DNA from: Bacillota bacterium | GTDB lineage: Bacteria; Bacillota; Sulfobacillia; JAMDAP01 | Length of the DNA: 64,000 nucleotides | Direction: 5' to 3' | Assembly: GCA_050260815.1 (NCBI GenBank) | Contig: JBLNCQ010000070.1 | Coordinates: 10,518-74,517 of the forward strand | In this document: positions 1-10,798 of the stretch, in pieces | Position numbering within the stretch: position 1 is the first letter of the stretch | Layout of the letters: each line of letters starts with the position of its first letter | Position numbers and translations under genes: made by a program | Notes under the pieces: generated by a model | What the model saw: the letters and a program-made list of their open reading frames with translations, nothing else | What the model was told of the DNA's origin: nothing | Databases searched by the model: none

Positions 1-400
1 AGATCATCGTCGGGCGCAGGATAGTATAGGGGACACCCGACGCTCGGATCGCGTCCTCTGCCGCTAGGTACCCAGCAGCCGCAGAGCGGTATTTTGAGAA
101 GGCCCCGGTGGTGGTAACAAATACCGCCCTGGGGATCCGCTCAATAACGCACGCGGTGGCGACGTTTGGTGATGTCAGGGGATGCGCCATCGAGATCACG
201 ACGTCCGCGCCGCGCACCGCTCCACGGCAGAAATCAGCGTTGTAAACGTCACCCGCCAACGTCCCACAATCAGGGAATAGCGCCCGTTGTTCATTCCGGT
301 GGACGACGGCGCGCACCTCAAGACCCCTATTGATTAGGCGCCGCACCACGCGCTGCCCAGTAAACCCGGCAGCTCCAGTGATGGAGATCAAACCCGTCAC
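1..400 (-). CDS. NAD-dependent epimerase/dehydratase (SDR) family protein, start-proximal part only; the gene runs off the window start
   Basis: Not in the ORF track because it runs off the edge. The minus-strand frame from GTG at 400 (alternative TTG at 391) reads VTGLISITGAAGFTGQRVVRRLINRGLEVRAVVHRNE... This is a Rossmann GxxGxxG N-terminus typical of sugar-nucleotide epimerases/reductases. There is an in-frame stop just upstream at 452-454, and the frame is open to position 1. Confidence 0.5.
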   Translation of the reverse strand, partial: MTGLISITGAAGFTGQRVVRRLINRGLEVRAVVHRNEQRALFPDCGTLAGDVYNADFCRGAVRGADVVISMAHPLTSPNVATACVIERIPRAVFVTTTGAFSKYRSAAAGYLAAEDAIRASGVPYTILRPTMI

Positions 401-489
401 CCCCGGTCGGAGTATTTGGGCCGATCGGACAAGGGGCTGGAGAAGGTTGGCTTAGCGTTCGCCGCACCAACCCCCTGCAGAGGCTTTAT

Positions 490-1101
490 CTAGTACGCTC
501 CCCGTGCGGTCACTACAGCGACCAGTGTGTCTATGAGTAACCGGATGTACAGACCTGGGCCAAGCGATTCCGCCAGTTGGCGGTCAAAGGCAACTTTCTC
601 TTCAAGAGATAGGTCTTCGCGACCCCGGACTTGCGCAATGCCTGTGATCCCTGGGCGGATGCGATGGATCCCGAGATCCGTACGCATGGCAATGAGGTCG
701 TACTGGTTGTAGAGCGCTGGTCGAGGGCCTACTAAGCTCATATCACCCATGATGACGTTGATCAACTGAGGTAGTTCATCAATGCTGGTTTTACGCAAAA
801 ATGAGCCAACCACCGTCACGAACTCTCCTAGGTTCGTCAGCGACTCCTTCGCGACCTCCGGTGTTCCTACTCGCATCGTTCGCAGTTTATACAGTGTGAA
901 GAGCCGGTTGTGTTGGCCCACTCGCTTCTGCGTAAAGAGGACGGGGCCGGGCGACTCAATCTTGATGGCTACAGCTGCGGCCAACATAACCGGAGCCGTT
1001 AGGATGAGCATCACGACTGAGAAGACCACGTCCATGATCCGGATAAGGATGGTGCCGGGCCACGCAGATCTTTCATGTTGTTGGGTTACTAACCCCGCCA
1101 T
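490..1101 (-). CDS. polyprenyl-phosphate sugar phosphotransferase (bacterial sugar transferase, WbaP C-terminal domain / Cap5M-like initiating transferase)
   Basis: 203 aa. Motifs KRVGQHNRLFTLYKLRTM, DELPQLINVIMGDMSLVGPRP and RPGITG are characteristic of the small bacterial sugar transferase family. Confidence 0.85.
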   Translation of the reverse strand: MAGLVTQQHERSAWPGTILIRIMDVVFSVVMLILTAPVMLAAAVAIKIESPGPVLFTQKRVGQHNRLFTLYKLRTMRVGTPEVAKESLTNLGEFVTVVGSFLRKTSIDELPQLINVIMGDMSLVGPRPALYNQYDLIAMRTDLGIHRIRPGITGIAQVRGREDLSLEEKVAFDRQLAESLGPGLYIRLLIDTLVAVVTARGAY

Positions 1102-1121
1102 GGCACCGCACTCCTCGTTCG

Positions 1122-2363
1122 CTATCCGGCCGCTGCGGCCGACCCGTCTGAAGTTCCATGAGCCACTTCAACCAACCACCGCTCAAGGCGGGTAAGGAGC
1201 GTCTTCCGGTCGTAGTTTTCCCGGTAGAAGGCTCGTCCGCGGCTACCCATCGCAGCCCGCTTGCCGACAGGCATCTCATACATGGTCAACACTGATGCTG
1301 CTAGGCTGTCTGGATCGCCGGGCAAGCAGACAATGCCTGCACCAGCGCCCCGCACAAGTTCCGCGCCTTCTCCAGGCAGAGCCGCGACGATGGGTTTTCC
1401 ACTAGCGAGGTAAGTCCGCAGTTTTCCCGGGACCGTAAGTGCAAATGCGTCGTCATTTCTCAGCGTAACAAGCAAGACGTCCGCCTCGCTGAAGAAGCGC
1501 GGCATCATCTCCGCGGGAAACTGACCTAAGAGATGAACGGACTGCAATCGGCCCAACCGAATGCGCTCTTCGACCCAGGTTCTCTGGCTCCCGTCGCCAA
1601 CAATGAGCCAGTGAATGTCTTCATAGCTGCGCAGTCGTTCAGCTGCACTCAGGATGGTCCCGAAGTCCTGCGCCACGCCGATGTTGCCAGCAAACATTAC
1701 GCGAAAGCCCCTCGGCAGACTTGGAAATGGGGTATGCTCCTCGATGTATGCATCTGCGGGCCCGGCCCAATCGGGAAAGTAACGAACAGTTGGCGCACTA
1801 CCAGCTATTCGCCGAATCTGAGTCTCGAAGCCGCGTGATTTCACTAGGATGAGGTCACTGTGAAGGTAGATGAACCGAACTAGGCGCTCGACCCAGGACA
1901 AGATTGTTGGAGAACTAACAGCACCGGTTGCTGTCAGACTTTCAGGCCACAGGTCCTGCACCCAGAGTACAGACGGAACGTGCTTGAGGCATCGAAGCAC
2001 CAGGGCCGGAATAGCCGCCGTTACCGGTGATGCCTGATAGATCAGTACCACGTCCGGCCTTCCCAGTGCCAGGAACGGTAGGAGGAGCGATGCATTGAAT
2101 GCAAATGAGAAGTAATTCAACGCCAACCTGAGTCCGCTACGCCGTCCGCGGGGCAATATGGGCACTCGAAGGATCCGTATACCATTCCTGTTTTCGCGAA
2201 AAGGACCAAACAACCCGTAGCCGCTGAAGAAGTGCCCCTGTGGGTAGTTGGGGAGGCCGGTGAGCACAGTGACTTCGTGCCCCAAATCCATCAGGCCCTT
2301 AGTGACTTCGTTGATGTGAAAGGTTTCGGGCCAGTAATATTGGGTGATCACGAGGATCTTCAT
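1122..2363 (-). CDS. glycosyltransferase family 4 (WcaI/Cap5L-like)
   Basis: 413 aa. N-terminus MKILVITQYYWPE, with a C-terminal GT4 retaining-transferase core (E...E motif region). Confidence 0.8.
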   Translation of the reverse strand: MKILVITQYYWPETFHINEVTKGLMDLGHEVTVLTGLPNYPQGHFFSGYGLFGPFRENRNGIRILRVPILPRGRRSGLRLALNYFSFAFNASLLLPFLALGRPDVVLIYQASPVTAAIPALVLRCLKHVPSVLWVQDLWPESLTATGAVSSPTILSWVERLVRFIYLHSDLILVKSRGFETQIRRIAGSAPTVRYFPDWAGPADAYIEEHTPFPSLPRGFRVMFAGNIGVAQDFGTILSAAERLRSYEDIHWLIVGDGSQRTWVEERIRLGRLQSVHLLGQFPAEMMPRFFSEADVLLVTLRNDDAFALTVPGKLRTYLASGKPIVAALPGEGAELVRGAGAGIVCLPGDPDSLAASVLTMYEMPVGKRAAMGSRGRAFYRENYDRKTLLTRLERWLVEVAHGTSDGSAAAAG

Positions 2364-2403
2364 GGCGTCGTACCTTCTCCGGCCAAGATGTTAGGAAGTG
2401 GCG

Positions 2404-3513
2404 TCACTTCTGCCACACAACCCGGTTGACGTATCCCACGTAGCTCAGAATGATGCGAACGACCTTCTCAGAGACGTTGGGCGTGCTATAGTCGTCAACG
2501 CGACGTAGCGTTCTGACGGGTCCTCGTCCTTGCCGCTTCAGAACCGTTAGTCCGCGCAGAACATTATCAAGGTCAAGACCTGTCATGATGACAGCCCCCT
2601 CCTCCATCCCCTCCGGCCGCTCGTGGGCTTCCCGAATGTTTACGGCGGGGAAGTTGAGGATGGAGGATTCCTCCGTAATGGTGCCGCTGTCGGAAAGAAC
2701 CGCGGTCGCATGCGTCTCGAGATGCACGTAATCAAAGAAGCCGAGGGGCTTCAACAACTCTACCTCAAGGGGGAGAGTAACGCCCTCGCCCTCGAGCCGC
2801 TTTCGCGTTCGCGGGTGGGTTGAGACGATGACGCGCTTACCGAACGACTCGGCAAGCCCACGCAGCAAGGCGACGAGCTTTCTAAACTGCACGAGCGAGT
2901 CAATGTTTTCCTCGCGGTGGGCGCTGACCACAAAGTAGTCGTTCTCCGTGAGACCGAGCCGACTGAGGACATCGGAACGTTCGATGCGATCGGCGTAGTA
3001 GTTGAGGACTTCTAGCAAGGGACTGCCCGTTTTGATAACCCTGTCAGGGGGCAGACCTTCCCTGAGTAGGTACTCTCGGCTTATCGAACTGTATGGCATG
3101 TTAATGTCGCTGATATGGTCGACGATGCGTCTATTGATTTCCTCAGGGACGCGCTCATCAAAGCACCTATTGCCAGCTTCCATGTGAAACACCGGCACCT
3201 TGCGCCGTTTGGCGCTAATGGCGGCGAGGCAGCTGTTGGTATCACCGAGCACCAGCAGAGCATCGGGTGATTCTTGAGCGATAACCTCGTCGCTCGCAGC
3301 GATGACCTGACCAATGGTCTGCGCGGCGGTAGCTCCCGCCGCGTCAAGGAAGTAATCAGGGCGCTGAATGTCGAGATCGTCAAAGAAGATTTGGTTCAGT
3401 TCATAGTCATAGTTCTGGCCGGTGTGGACCAGGACGTGGTGAGTGGTCTCATTGAGCGCAGCGATTACGCGCGAAAGGCGAATGATTTCTGGTCTGGTCC
3501 CCACGACAGTCAT
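2404..3513 (-). CDS. fnlC: UDP-N-acetylglucosamine 2-epimerase, non-hydrolysing (CapG/FnlC/WbjD-like)
   Basis: The ORF 2404..3618 was trimmed to the internal start [13 protein letters not shown] to avoid overlapping the upstream gene. The product has the WecB/MnaA family fold and is adjacent to CapE/CapF homologues. Confidence 0.8.
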   Translation of the reverse strand: MTVVGTRPEIIRLSRVIAALNETTHHVLVHTGQNYDYELNQIFFDDLDIQRPDYFLDAAGATAAQTIGQVIAASDEVIAQESPDALLVLGDTNSCLAAISAKRRKVPVFHMEAGNRCFDERVPEEINRRIVDHISDINMPYSSISREYLLREGLPPDRVIKTGSPLLEVLNYYADRIERSDVLSRLGLTENDYFVVSAHREENIDSLVQFRKLVALLRGLAESFGKRVIVSTHPRTRKRLEGEGVTLPLEVELLKPLGFFDYVHLETHATAVLSDSGTITEESSILNFPAVNIREAHERPEGMEEGAVIMTGLDLDNVLRGLTVLKRQGRGPVRTLRRVDDYSTPNVSEKVVRIILSYVGYVNRVVWQK

Positions 3514-3523
3514 GACCTTAAGC

Positions 3524-4645
3524 TTATTCACGTTCCACCTCAAGCCGATAGGTGTCGGGCCTTTCCGGATCAAAGACTTCGTTGGCCCAAAACAGTACGA
3601 TGAGTTCCGAGTCACCAATGTTGGTGATGGAATGAGTGTACCCGGGGGGAATGTCCACTACACGGAGGTTCGCCCCCGATACGGAGTACCGCACGATCTC
3701 ATTCGATGACACGTGGCGGAAACGGACTTCCGCTTCTCCCCTTAAGACAATGAACTTTTCGGCCTTAGTGTCGTGAAAGTGGTTTCCCCTTGTTACGCCG
3801 GGCTTGGTGGTGGAGACAAAGACCTGGCCAAAGGGACTAGACTTCAGCAGTTCGGCCAGCGTCCCCCGGGAGTCCGTCTTGGTTTCAAGGCTATAGGCGA
3901 AGTCCTTTGTGTCCAGATTCGCCAGATATGTGGCATATAGCGCCTTGGTCAGCCCGTCCGAGAAGTCCGGAACCCAACCACTTCGCCGCGATTGATGAAA
4001 CCCGTGAATCCTTGAGGCTAGCTCGGCAACAGTGATGCGGTAACTCACGGGAACATCTGCGTACGAGAAGGGTGTTGATGCAGTACGCTCGATTTCCGCC
4101 ATAAAGGCTGCAACTACGTCGTCAATATAGACCAGCTCGAGAACCCTTGCCGGATCACTAATGGTAATGGGCAGCCCCCTCGCAACGTTATGGCAAAACG
4201 TCGCCACTACCGAGTTGTAGTTTGGTCGAGACCACTTGCCGAAGATGTTCTTGAGCCTATATGCGACAACTTGACAACCGGTGGCCTCGGCGAACTGACG
4301 TAGGTCTTCTTCCGCCTCTCGTTTGCTCCTTCCATAGAGGGAGTCGTTTTCGGCCTGGATCGAAGACGCAAAGATAAGCCGCGGCCGACGACCCAGTGCC
4401 GACAGGGCCCGGATTATAGCGCGGGTAAGGCCTACGTTTACGGCCTCGAAGGCAACGGGGTCAGTTGGACGGTTCTCGCCGGCGATGTGGAACACCACGT
4501 CTGCAAGCGCCAATCTCTCATTGAGCCGCTCTGCAGGCGAATTCCGGTCAAACTCCCAAACCACATACTGGCGGTTGCGCCTAAGGGCATGTACGAGGTT
4601 CTTCCCAATGAAGCCAGCTGAGCCGGTAACAAGAATGTTCAGCAT
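3524..4645 (-). CDS. fnlB: UDP-2-acetamido-2,6-dideoxy-L-talose 4-dehydrogenase/reductase, CapF/FnlB/WbjC-like (N-terminal SDR plus C-terminal cupin)
   Basis: 373 aa. N-terminus [17 protein letters not shown] (Rossmann fold), plus a C-terminal cupin-like domain (GNHFH...[12 protein letters not shown]). This two-domain layout is diagnostic of CapF. Confidence 0.8.
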   Translation of the reverse strand: MLNILVTGSAGFIGKNLVHALRRNRQYVVWEFDRNSPAERLNERLALADVVFHIAGENRPTDPVAFEAVNVGLTRAIIRALSALGRRPRLIFASSIQAENDSLYGRSKREAEEDLRQFAEATGCQVVAYRLKNIFGKWSRPNYNSVVATFCHNVARGLPITISDPARVLELVYIDDVVAAFMAEIERTASTPFSYADVPVSYRITVAELASRIHGFHQSRRSGWVPDFSDGLTKALYATYLANLDTKDFAYSLETKTDSRGTLAELLKSSPFGQVFVSTTKPGVTRGNHFHDTKAEKFIVLRGEAEVRFRHVSSNEIVRYSVSGANLRVVDIPPGYTHSITNIGDSELIVLFWANEVFDPERPDTYRLEVERE

Positions 4646-4649
4646 CTGC

Positions 4650-5678
4650 TCACCCTGCTAGCTCGGATTGGATGTACTCCTGTGCTAGGAGCAAGTCTAC
4701 GATCGCCTCTACGCTCAATCGGCGCGTGTTGTGAGAGTTGTAGTCCTGCTGTTCCGATACTCTCGTCTCGCCAATGGCATAGTACTTGTCATAGTTGAGA
4801 TCACGCGTGTCAGCCGGAATCCTATAGTAGTGCCCGTTATCGCAGGCGCGGGCAAGCTCCTCGCGGGTCAGAAGGGTCTCGTAGAGCTTTTCGCCATGCC
4901 GCGTACCGATCACGCGTATCGGATTGTCAGCGTGGAACACTCGCTTCACCGCTTCCGCCAGGTCTTCGATCGTAGCAGCTGGGGCTTTCCGGACGAAAAT
5001 GTCGCCCGGTTCCGCATGGAGAAATGCGTGGAGGACAAGATCAATTGCATCATCAATGGACATCAAGAACCGTGTCATTTGGGGATCTGTAACTGTAAGG
5101 GGCACTCCATCCTTGATTTGCCTCACGAATAGCGGGATCACGGAACCGCGTGAGGCCATTACGTTCCCGTATCTAGTGCCGCACAATATACACCCTCGTT
5201 CAGCAGCGAGGCGTGCTTTGGCCACCATAATTCGCTCGGCCATAGCCTTTGATATGCCCATGGCGTTAATCGGATAGACGGCCTTATCGGTACTGAGTAG
5301 GACGACCTTCTTCACACCGTTGGCAATTGAAGCATTGATCACGTTTTCGGTTCCTAGAGCATTAGTCCTAAGCGCTTCGACTGGATAAAACTCACACGAC
5401 GGAACCTGCTTCAATGCGGCAGCATGAAAGACGTAATCGATGCCTGCAGTAGCCTCGGCCACGCTGCCGTAATCTCTCACGTCACCAATATAGAAAGTGA
5501 TCGTAGAGTCCTGGTACTGGCGCCGCATATCGTCCTGCTTTTTCTCGTCTCGGCTAAATACGCGGATCTCACGCAAACCGCTATCCAGCATCCTTCTAAC
5601 GACCGCATTGCCAAATGTGCCAGTGCCACCGGTGACAAGTAAGCGCCTGCCTTCAAACACAACCCCACGCTCCTGCAA
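4650..5678 (-). CDS. fnlA: UDP-GlcNAc 4,6-dehydratase/5-epimerase, CapE/FnlA/WbjB-like
   Basis: 342 aa. N-terminus LLVTGGTGTFGNAVVRR. The CapD-like short form sits in a triad with the CapF and CapG homologues. Confidence 0.8.
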   Translation of the reverse strand: MQERGVVFEGRRLLVTGGTGTFGNAVVRRMLDSGLREIRVFSRDEKKQDDMRRQYQDSTITFYIGDVRDYGSVAEATAGIDYVFHAAALKQVPSCEFYPVEALRTNALGTENVINASIANGVKKVVLLSTDKAVYPINAMGISKAMAERIMVAKARLAAERGCILCGTRYGNVMASRGSVIPLFVRQIKDGVPLTVTDPQMTRFLMSIDDAIDLVLHAFLHAEPGDIFVRKAPAATIEDLAEAVKRVFHADNPIRVIGTRHGEKLYETLLTREELARACDNGHYYRIPADTRDLNYDKYYAIGETRVSEQQDYNSHNTRRLSVEAIVDLLLAQEYIQSELAG

Positions 5679-5906
5679 GCCAAATGCTTGGATGACCTTA
5701 CGTCCCTCTTGGTTCCCTCTTTGGCACCCTGAAGAACACCGTTATGCCACCGGCCTGGTGTGCACTGTGTCCGAACTACCGAAGAGGGGCACATGGACCA
5801 CGTCGTTGGTTCTCCTCTCTCCCAACTTAGGTGTGGGCCATGCCGCATTGCCGTGATCAGTCGATCCGTAACCCCGATTTCCTGCAGCAGTAACCAGCGT
5901 CCCAAC

Positions 5907-7238
5907 CTAGTCTCCAACCGTTAACGTCTCGGGCGTGATACCACGCATGTTATACTGGCCAGAACCGACTGTGGCCACGCGGAAACCGGCAGCTGTCCAA
6001 CTTGCTGCATCGAGGTAACCTCGCGTATCCAGCAGGAGTCGTTGAGAAACCAATCCACTAACAACTCGGGGGTCGAGGGCAAGATAGTCAACGTGGTCCG
6101 TCAAAAGCAGCACTGCATCCGCCCCGGCTAGTACACGCTCGACCGGGTGTGCGTAGCGCCCAATATGCGGATCATGGATTGCAACGTTAATGCCCTCGGA
6201 CTCGAGAAGCCGGGCCACTTCGAGCGCAGGGCTTTCGCGCTCATCTCCAACGTTCGCTTTGTATGAAGCGCCAAGAATGGCAGCCTTTCGCACGACTGTC
6301 CCTTGGGCCAGTCGCCGGAAGAGATCCAACACATGAAGTGGCATTTGGCGGTTGACTCGGCGGGCGGCTTGGATAAGGGAGGTCAGCTCAGGCGCAGCCT
6401 CTATTACGAAATAGGGATCTACGGCAATGCAATGCCCACCCACCCCGGGACCAGGCCGCAGGTAGTTGACCCGAGGATGGAGGTTGGCGAGCCGGATAGC
6501 ATTCCAGATATCCACGCCTAGATGCTCGCCTACGAGGGCGAACTCGTTTGCCAATGCGATGTTCACGTCCCGATAAGTGTTTTCCATTAACTTAACAAGT
6601 TCGGCTGTTGTACAGTCGGTTTCCTCCACCTGAGCCTTGACGAAGGATCGGTAAAAGTCCGCTGCAGCCCGACTCGCCTGCGGTGTGAGGCCTCCCACCA
6701 GTCGATGATTGTAGACCAGTTCGCGCAGTATATTCCCCGGAAGCACCCGTTCGGGTGCATGAGCGAGAAGAACAGTTGACGTATCCACCCCTTCGCTCTG
6801 CAAGAGTGGGAGAACCGTGCGGTCTAGCGTGTGTGGGGGGACCGTTGATTCAAGAATCAGCAGATTACCCGCCCGCAAAAAGGGTGCAATTGCCTTCGTA
6901 GCGGCAACGACATACGATAGATCAGCTCTGTAACGGTACTCCAGGCGGGAGTGCTCAGGACTCGCCACTTCGCGATCATCCTGAACCGGTGTCGGGACGG
7001 CGATGATGAAGACGTCGGCTACTTCCGGTTCTGTACTGATCTTCAGTTTGCCCGATTGTAGAACCGAGTGTGCTAAGTCAGTCAATCCTGGCTCGTTCAC
7101 GATAGGGATATCTCCAAGAGACAGTCTGTCCACTAGCACAGGGTTCACGTCAACCCCAATGACGTCGTGCCCCGCTTGACCAAGAACGCACGCTGTTGGA
7201 AACCCGATATATCCCAGACCCATGATACATACTCGCAT
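5907..7238 (-). CDS. UDP-N-acetyl-D-mannosamine dehydrogenase (WecC/Cap5O-like nucleotide-sugar dehydrogenase)
   Basis: 443 aa. N-terminus MRVCIMGLGYIGFPTA, UDP-glucose/GDP-mannose dehydrogenase family. Substrate specificity is inferred from the cap5-like context. Confidence 0.75.
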   Translation of the reverse strand: MRVCIMGLGYIGFPTACVLGQAGHDVIGVDVNPVLVDRLSLGDIPIVNEPGLTDLAHSVLQSGKLKISTEPEVADVFIIAVPTPVQDDREVASPEHSRLEYRYRADLSYVVAATKAIAPFLRAGNLLILESTVPPHTLDRTVLPLLQSEGVDTSTVLLAHAPERVLPGNILRELVYNHRLVGGLTPQASRAAADFYRSFVKAQVEETDCTTAELVKLMENTYRDVNIALANEFALVGEHLGVDIWNAIRLANLHPRVNYLRPGPGVGGHCIAVDPYFVIEAAPELTSLIQAARRVNRQMPLHVLDLFRRLAQGTVVRKAAILGASYKANVGDERESPALEVARLLESEGINVAIHDPHIGRYAHPVERVLAGADAVLLLTDHVDYLALDPRVVSGLVSQRLLLDTRGYLDAASWTAAGFRVATVGSGQYNMRGITPETLTVGD

Positions 7239-7268
7239 ATAGAACCCCCCGGTTTGCGGAATTGGCGC

Positions 7269-8432
7269 TTAAAGGAGCGTTTCCTTGCGCCTGCTTTCCT
7301 GAGACGTAGAAACGCCCAATTCGGTGTACATGCGTATTAGCTTGGCCGCTTCGGTCTCCCAATTATAGAGCTCCAAAACCGCAGATCGTCCGTTCTCTCC
7401 TAGCTTCCTCCTACGTTCGAAATCCGTGGCCAGTCCATCTATTGCCGCAGCTATACTTCCGGGATCCGTGGAGTCCACGAGCAATCCGCAATCGGCTTCT
7501 TTCACGATTGTCGACACCTCTTCGGTAAAGCCTGGCACAATCACGGGCAGTCCCGCCAGCATGTAGTCGAAAAGCTTATGTGGCAGTGCCCAAACGTTAT
7601 TCTGAATTCCGGGCTGGAATAGCACCAAACCGACGTCACTGGCGATAAGATAACTGTAAGCCTCCTCAAAAGGCAACCATCTTTCTACGCGGATCCGATC
7701 CGTTAGTCCCAGGTGACGGGCTCGTTCATGAAACTCGGGTTCACTACCATCATCAAACGCACCTATAATATGAACCCGTACTGATTTGGATTTGGCGATC
7801 ACGAGAGCATCTAAGAGTTCTGGCCACCCGCGCTGTCGATCCATCAGCCCAAGATGAACCAGGGTAATAGCTGCAACATTTATGTGTTCACGCTTAGTAG
7901 TGCCAGCGCTCAGCCGCGCAAAGTTTTGAACCAGTACCAACCGCTGTTCGTAGCCGGTGAAGTCCAACGCCACCGATCGCTTAGCAAGGACGAGGCGATC
8001 CGTGATGGGAGCGAGCGAACGCAAAACCGCCCTTACGAGTCCAGCAACGGGAGAGCGCAACAGGAGTGGGAATCGGCCTTCGGCAAAAGTACTCGGGTAG
8101 TGCTCATGAACATCAAAGACCAGTATTTTCTGCCGGAACCGTTTTAGCATTACTCCTACAAACCAGGAGTCCACCTCATTGCAGTGGTAGCAGTCAGCCT
8201 CTATCTGGGCGGCCATAAGGTACAGGCGGGGGAGCTGCAATAGACGGCCGATTAGCCCGGCGGGTCTGGGGTACGTAACGATCTTTACCCCATCCTGCTC
8301 CCATCGGTGGTAACCATCACTGGGTGCCAAATGGGTGACGTCAAACCCTGCCTTAGCTAGGGAGACAGCCTCTTTCTGGAACACGCGCTTGTCCAGTGGT
8401 GGGTGCATCGAGGACAAGAAGCAAATCTTCAT
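7269..8432 (-). CDS. glycosyltransferase family 4
   Basis: Start taken at MKICFLSS (the track ORF extends to 8447). GT4 core. Confidence 0.75.
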   Translation of the reverse strand: MKICFLSSMHPPLDKRVFQKEAVSLAKAGFDVTHLAPSDGYHRWEQDGVKIVTYPRPAGLIGRLLQLPRLYLMAAQIEADCYHCNEVDSWFVGVMLKRFRQKILVFDVHEHYPSTFAEGRFPLLLRSPVAGLVRAVLRSLAPITDRLVLAKRSVALDFTGYEQRLVLVQNFARLSAGTTKREHINVAAITLVHLGLMDRQRGWPELLDALVIAKSKSVRVHIIGAFDDGSEPEFHERARHLGLTDRIRVERWLPFEEAYSYLIASDVGLVLFQPGIQNNVWALPHKLFDYMLAGLPVIVPGFTEEVSTIVKEADCGLLVDSTDPGSIAAAIDGLATDFERRRKLGENGRSAVLELYNWETEAAKLIRMYTELGVSTSQESRRKETLL

Positions 8433-8487
8433 AACCATCAACACCATTCCGTAGACGTCCTGATCGTCGTCTTTGGACGCGCCGCAA

Positions 8488-9759
8488 CTACGGGGAATTG
8501 ACTCTCTTCCGATGCGGATATTGCCGATAAAGGCGCGCAGACACGGAGACTACGTAGAGCAGAAAGATCCAGTTGATCGGTTGTTTCAGGTACGCGCTAT
8601 TCGCCCACGTCATTATCCCGTACCCCACTAGAGCCACTAAGCTAGCCACGACTAACGGTTCGGCGACAGAGCGCCGGCGATAGATAAGCAGGGCGCACCA
8701 AAGTAGGAAAGTGACAAAGGCTGTAAAGATGAACAAACCATACTGGGACAATATCTCGATCCAGAGACTATGGGGGTTCAGGATACCGCTAGTGTTATAT
8801 CGTCCTAAGCCTCGTTCCGTATAGACCTCGAAGCCACCCGCACCAGTCCCTAGCCCATATGATAGCCAGAGATAGTGTAGTCCGTCCTTTACCAAATTCA
8901 CGCGTTCGACTACAGAGGCATCATGCCCGCTTAAGGTAGACAAAGAGTCTATACCGCGAATAGCGATCATTGGGAACACTAGAATGAAAACGAGTAACGC
9001 CTGCCGCACTGCCGCCCTCCGAGTGCTCAGCAGAAGGTAGGCTACTGCCTCGAATGCCAGCGCAATGATGCCAAGTCGGCTCCGGGTTGCTACGAGGAGA
9101 ACGGGAATGCTGGTAGCTAGAGCAAGGTATACCACGCGCATAAGAGACCTCGCGCGGTGTACTGCTAGTGCCATTAGGGGCAGAACAATGGTAAGGAAGG
9201 CCGCGTAGTTGTTGGGATTGTCGAAGGTAGCTGCGACTACGCCGTCCTTGGCGTAGGCCGGAGCGTTTAGCGCCCAGTAACTTGACAAGTGGTGCGCCGT
9301 AATGAGCTCCCATGCCGCAACGGCTCCCGTTAGGATAAACGCCCACACCCAACCCCGCTCTAGATAGGCCAGGCCTTCCTCAGTTGAAGCACCAAAGTGG
9401 AGAAGCCCCCATGCTCCAACAATCCCAATAGCCAAATCGCCTATTTCGCGTAGGGCGGTCAGTCCATCCGGGGCCCAGTAGTATGAGGCGGTTCCCCCGA
9501 GAAGCCACAGGGAGGCTAAGGCTGAGAACATTACAGCGGGCAAGGCTGAATCTCGAGGCAATCGCCTCCGGACAAGGCCGAAGCCAACAACACTGACGAC
9601 CGTGGCAAGGACTATAAGACGAAACCCGTAGAGGGTGACTCCGAATAACTGAACAGGGAGGAGATGCTGACCTAAAGCAGCCACTGGGACTGCCAGACCG
9701 ATTAGGAATCGTTGAAGACGGCTGAGCCGGACTGGCGCCCCTGAACTAGTGGCGCTCAT
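8488..9759 (-). CDS. O-antigen polymerase/ligase family membrane protein (Wzy-like)
   Basis: 423 aa polytopic membrane protein. The Wzy_C-type loop motif NPHSLWIEILSQYG sits after about 8 TM segments. Confidence 0.7.
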   Translation of the reverse strand: MSATSSGAPVRLSRLQRFLIGLAVPVAALGQHLLPVQLFGVTLYGFRLIVLATVVSVVGFGLVRRRLPRDSALPAVMFSALASLWLLGGTASYYWAPDGLTALREIGDLAIGIVGAWGLLHFGASTEEGLAYLERGWVWAFILTGAVAAWELITAHHLSSYWALNAPAYAKDGVVAATFDNPNNYAAFLTIVLPLMALAVHRARSLMRVVYLALATSIPVLLVATRSRLGIIALAFEAVAYLLLSTRRAAVRQALLVFILVFPMIAIRGIDSLSTLSGHDASVVERVNLVKDGLHYLWLSYGLGTGAGGFEVYTERGLGRYNTSGILNPHSLWIEILSQYGLFIFTAFVTFLLWCALLIYRRRSVAEPLVVASLVALVGYGIMTWANSAYLKQPINWIFLLYVVSVSARLYRQYPHRKRVNSP

Positions 9760-9794
9760 CTATGCACCTCCCTTCGCATTCACTTCAATACCAG

Positions 9795-10727
9795 TCAGTC
9801 TCTAAGCAACGTACCGACTCGGCGCCCGACATGCTTCAACACATCTATTGCCAAAGAACCAAGAATAAGGGCGGGTTGAGGGCTTCGGAACAGCGTATGC
9901 TGCGCTTCGCCATAAAGTCGCAAGTGCAAGAAACGCTTCACAAGCTCCACTCGATGCTTGTACTCGGGGCCGGGAGCGGTTGTAAGCCGTCGATCTATAC
10001 GTGCTCGAGTTTCGTCGTCTAGGAACCGCGTAATGAGCAGCGCGTTCTCTTTGATGATGGCTCTTCTCACAGCAGGCTGCTGACTGAGTTGACGTTCATG
10101 AATCCTCCTCAATCCAACGACGTCATTCATGTAGACTGAAGAATAGCCGTGATAAGTCAGCAACAGCCACATTGCGTAGTCCTGGGAGTAGAGAATTCCG
10201 GTGTCGAACAGGCCTAGTTCGAGTGCCGTCTGGCGCTTGACTATCGTCGTTGCCCCATTAACGAAGCAACCAAACACCAAATCGACGAACCAGTCGTGTT
10301 CTATTAGGCCATCGACGTCCCAACCAAGAGCGAAACGAACTAGTGGAGGGAAGAACTCCTGGTGGTTATTGAACTGCCTATAGTCACCAAAATAGAAGTC
10401 AGCATCTGGGTATCGGTTCATATAGTGGCTGATGACCGCTCCAGCTTCAGGTGTGTAGAGGTCATCTGAAGATAGCCAAGCAACGTACTTGGTTTCTGCG
10501 GCAGCGATTCCCGTGTTCAGTGCTGAGGAAATACCTCGGTTGGATGCATGCCTAATGCATCGGACACCCGATTCTCTGGCCTCGTCGAATGTGCTATCAG
10601 TGGAGCCATCATCGACAACTATTATCCGCTCGCGCTGGGAACCGAGGGCCCGTTGAGCCGACTCAATTGACTCCCGCAGATAGGCAGCTGCGTTATAGGC
10701 AGGAATAATGACGGTGATGTCGTTCAC
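9795..10727 (-). CDS. glycosyltransferase family 2
   Basis: N-terminus ITVIIPAYNAAAYLRESIES...VVDDGSTD, with DxD-type motifs. Confidence 0.8.
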   Translation of the reverse strand: MNDITVIIPAYNAAAYLRESIESAQRALGSQRERIIVVDDGSTDSTFDEARESGVRCIRHASNRGISSALNTGIAAAETKYVAWLSSDDLYTPEAGAVISHYMNRYPDADFYFGDYRQFNNHQEFFPPLVRFALGWDVDGLIEHDWFVDLVFGCFVNGATTIVKRQTALELGLFDTGILYSQDYAMWLLLTYHGYSSVYMNDVVGLRRIHERQLSQQPAVRRAIIKENALLITRFLDDETRARIDRRLTTAPGPEYKHRVELVKRFLHLRLYGEAQHTLFRSPQPALILGSLAIDVLKHVGRRVGTLLRD

Positions 10728-10798
10728 GGTATCTTGGCAACCTCCTTGCCACCCGGATCATCTTGCACTTCATTGGGCGAGGCCGCTCTGAGGGTTGC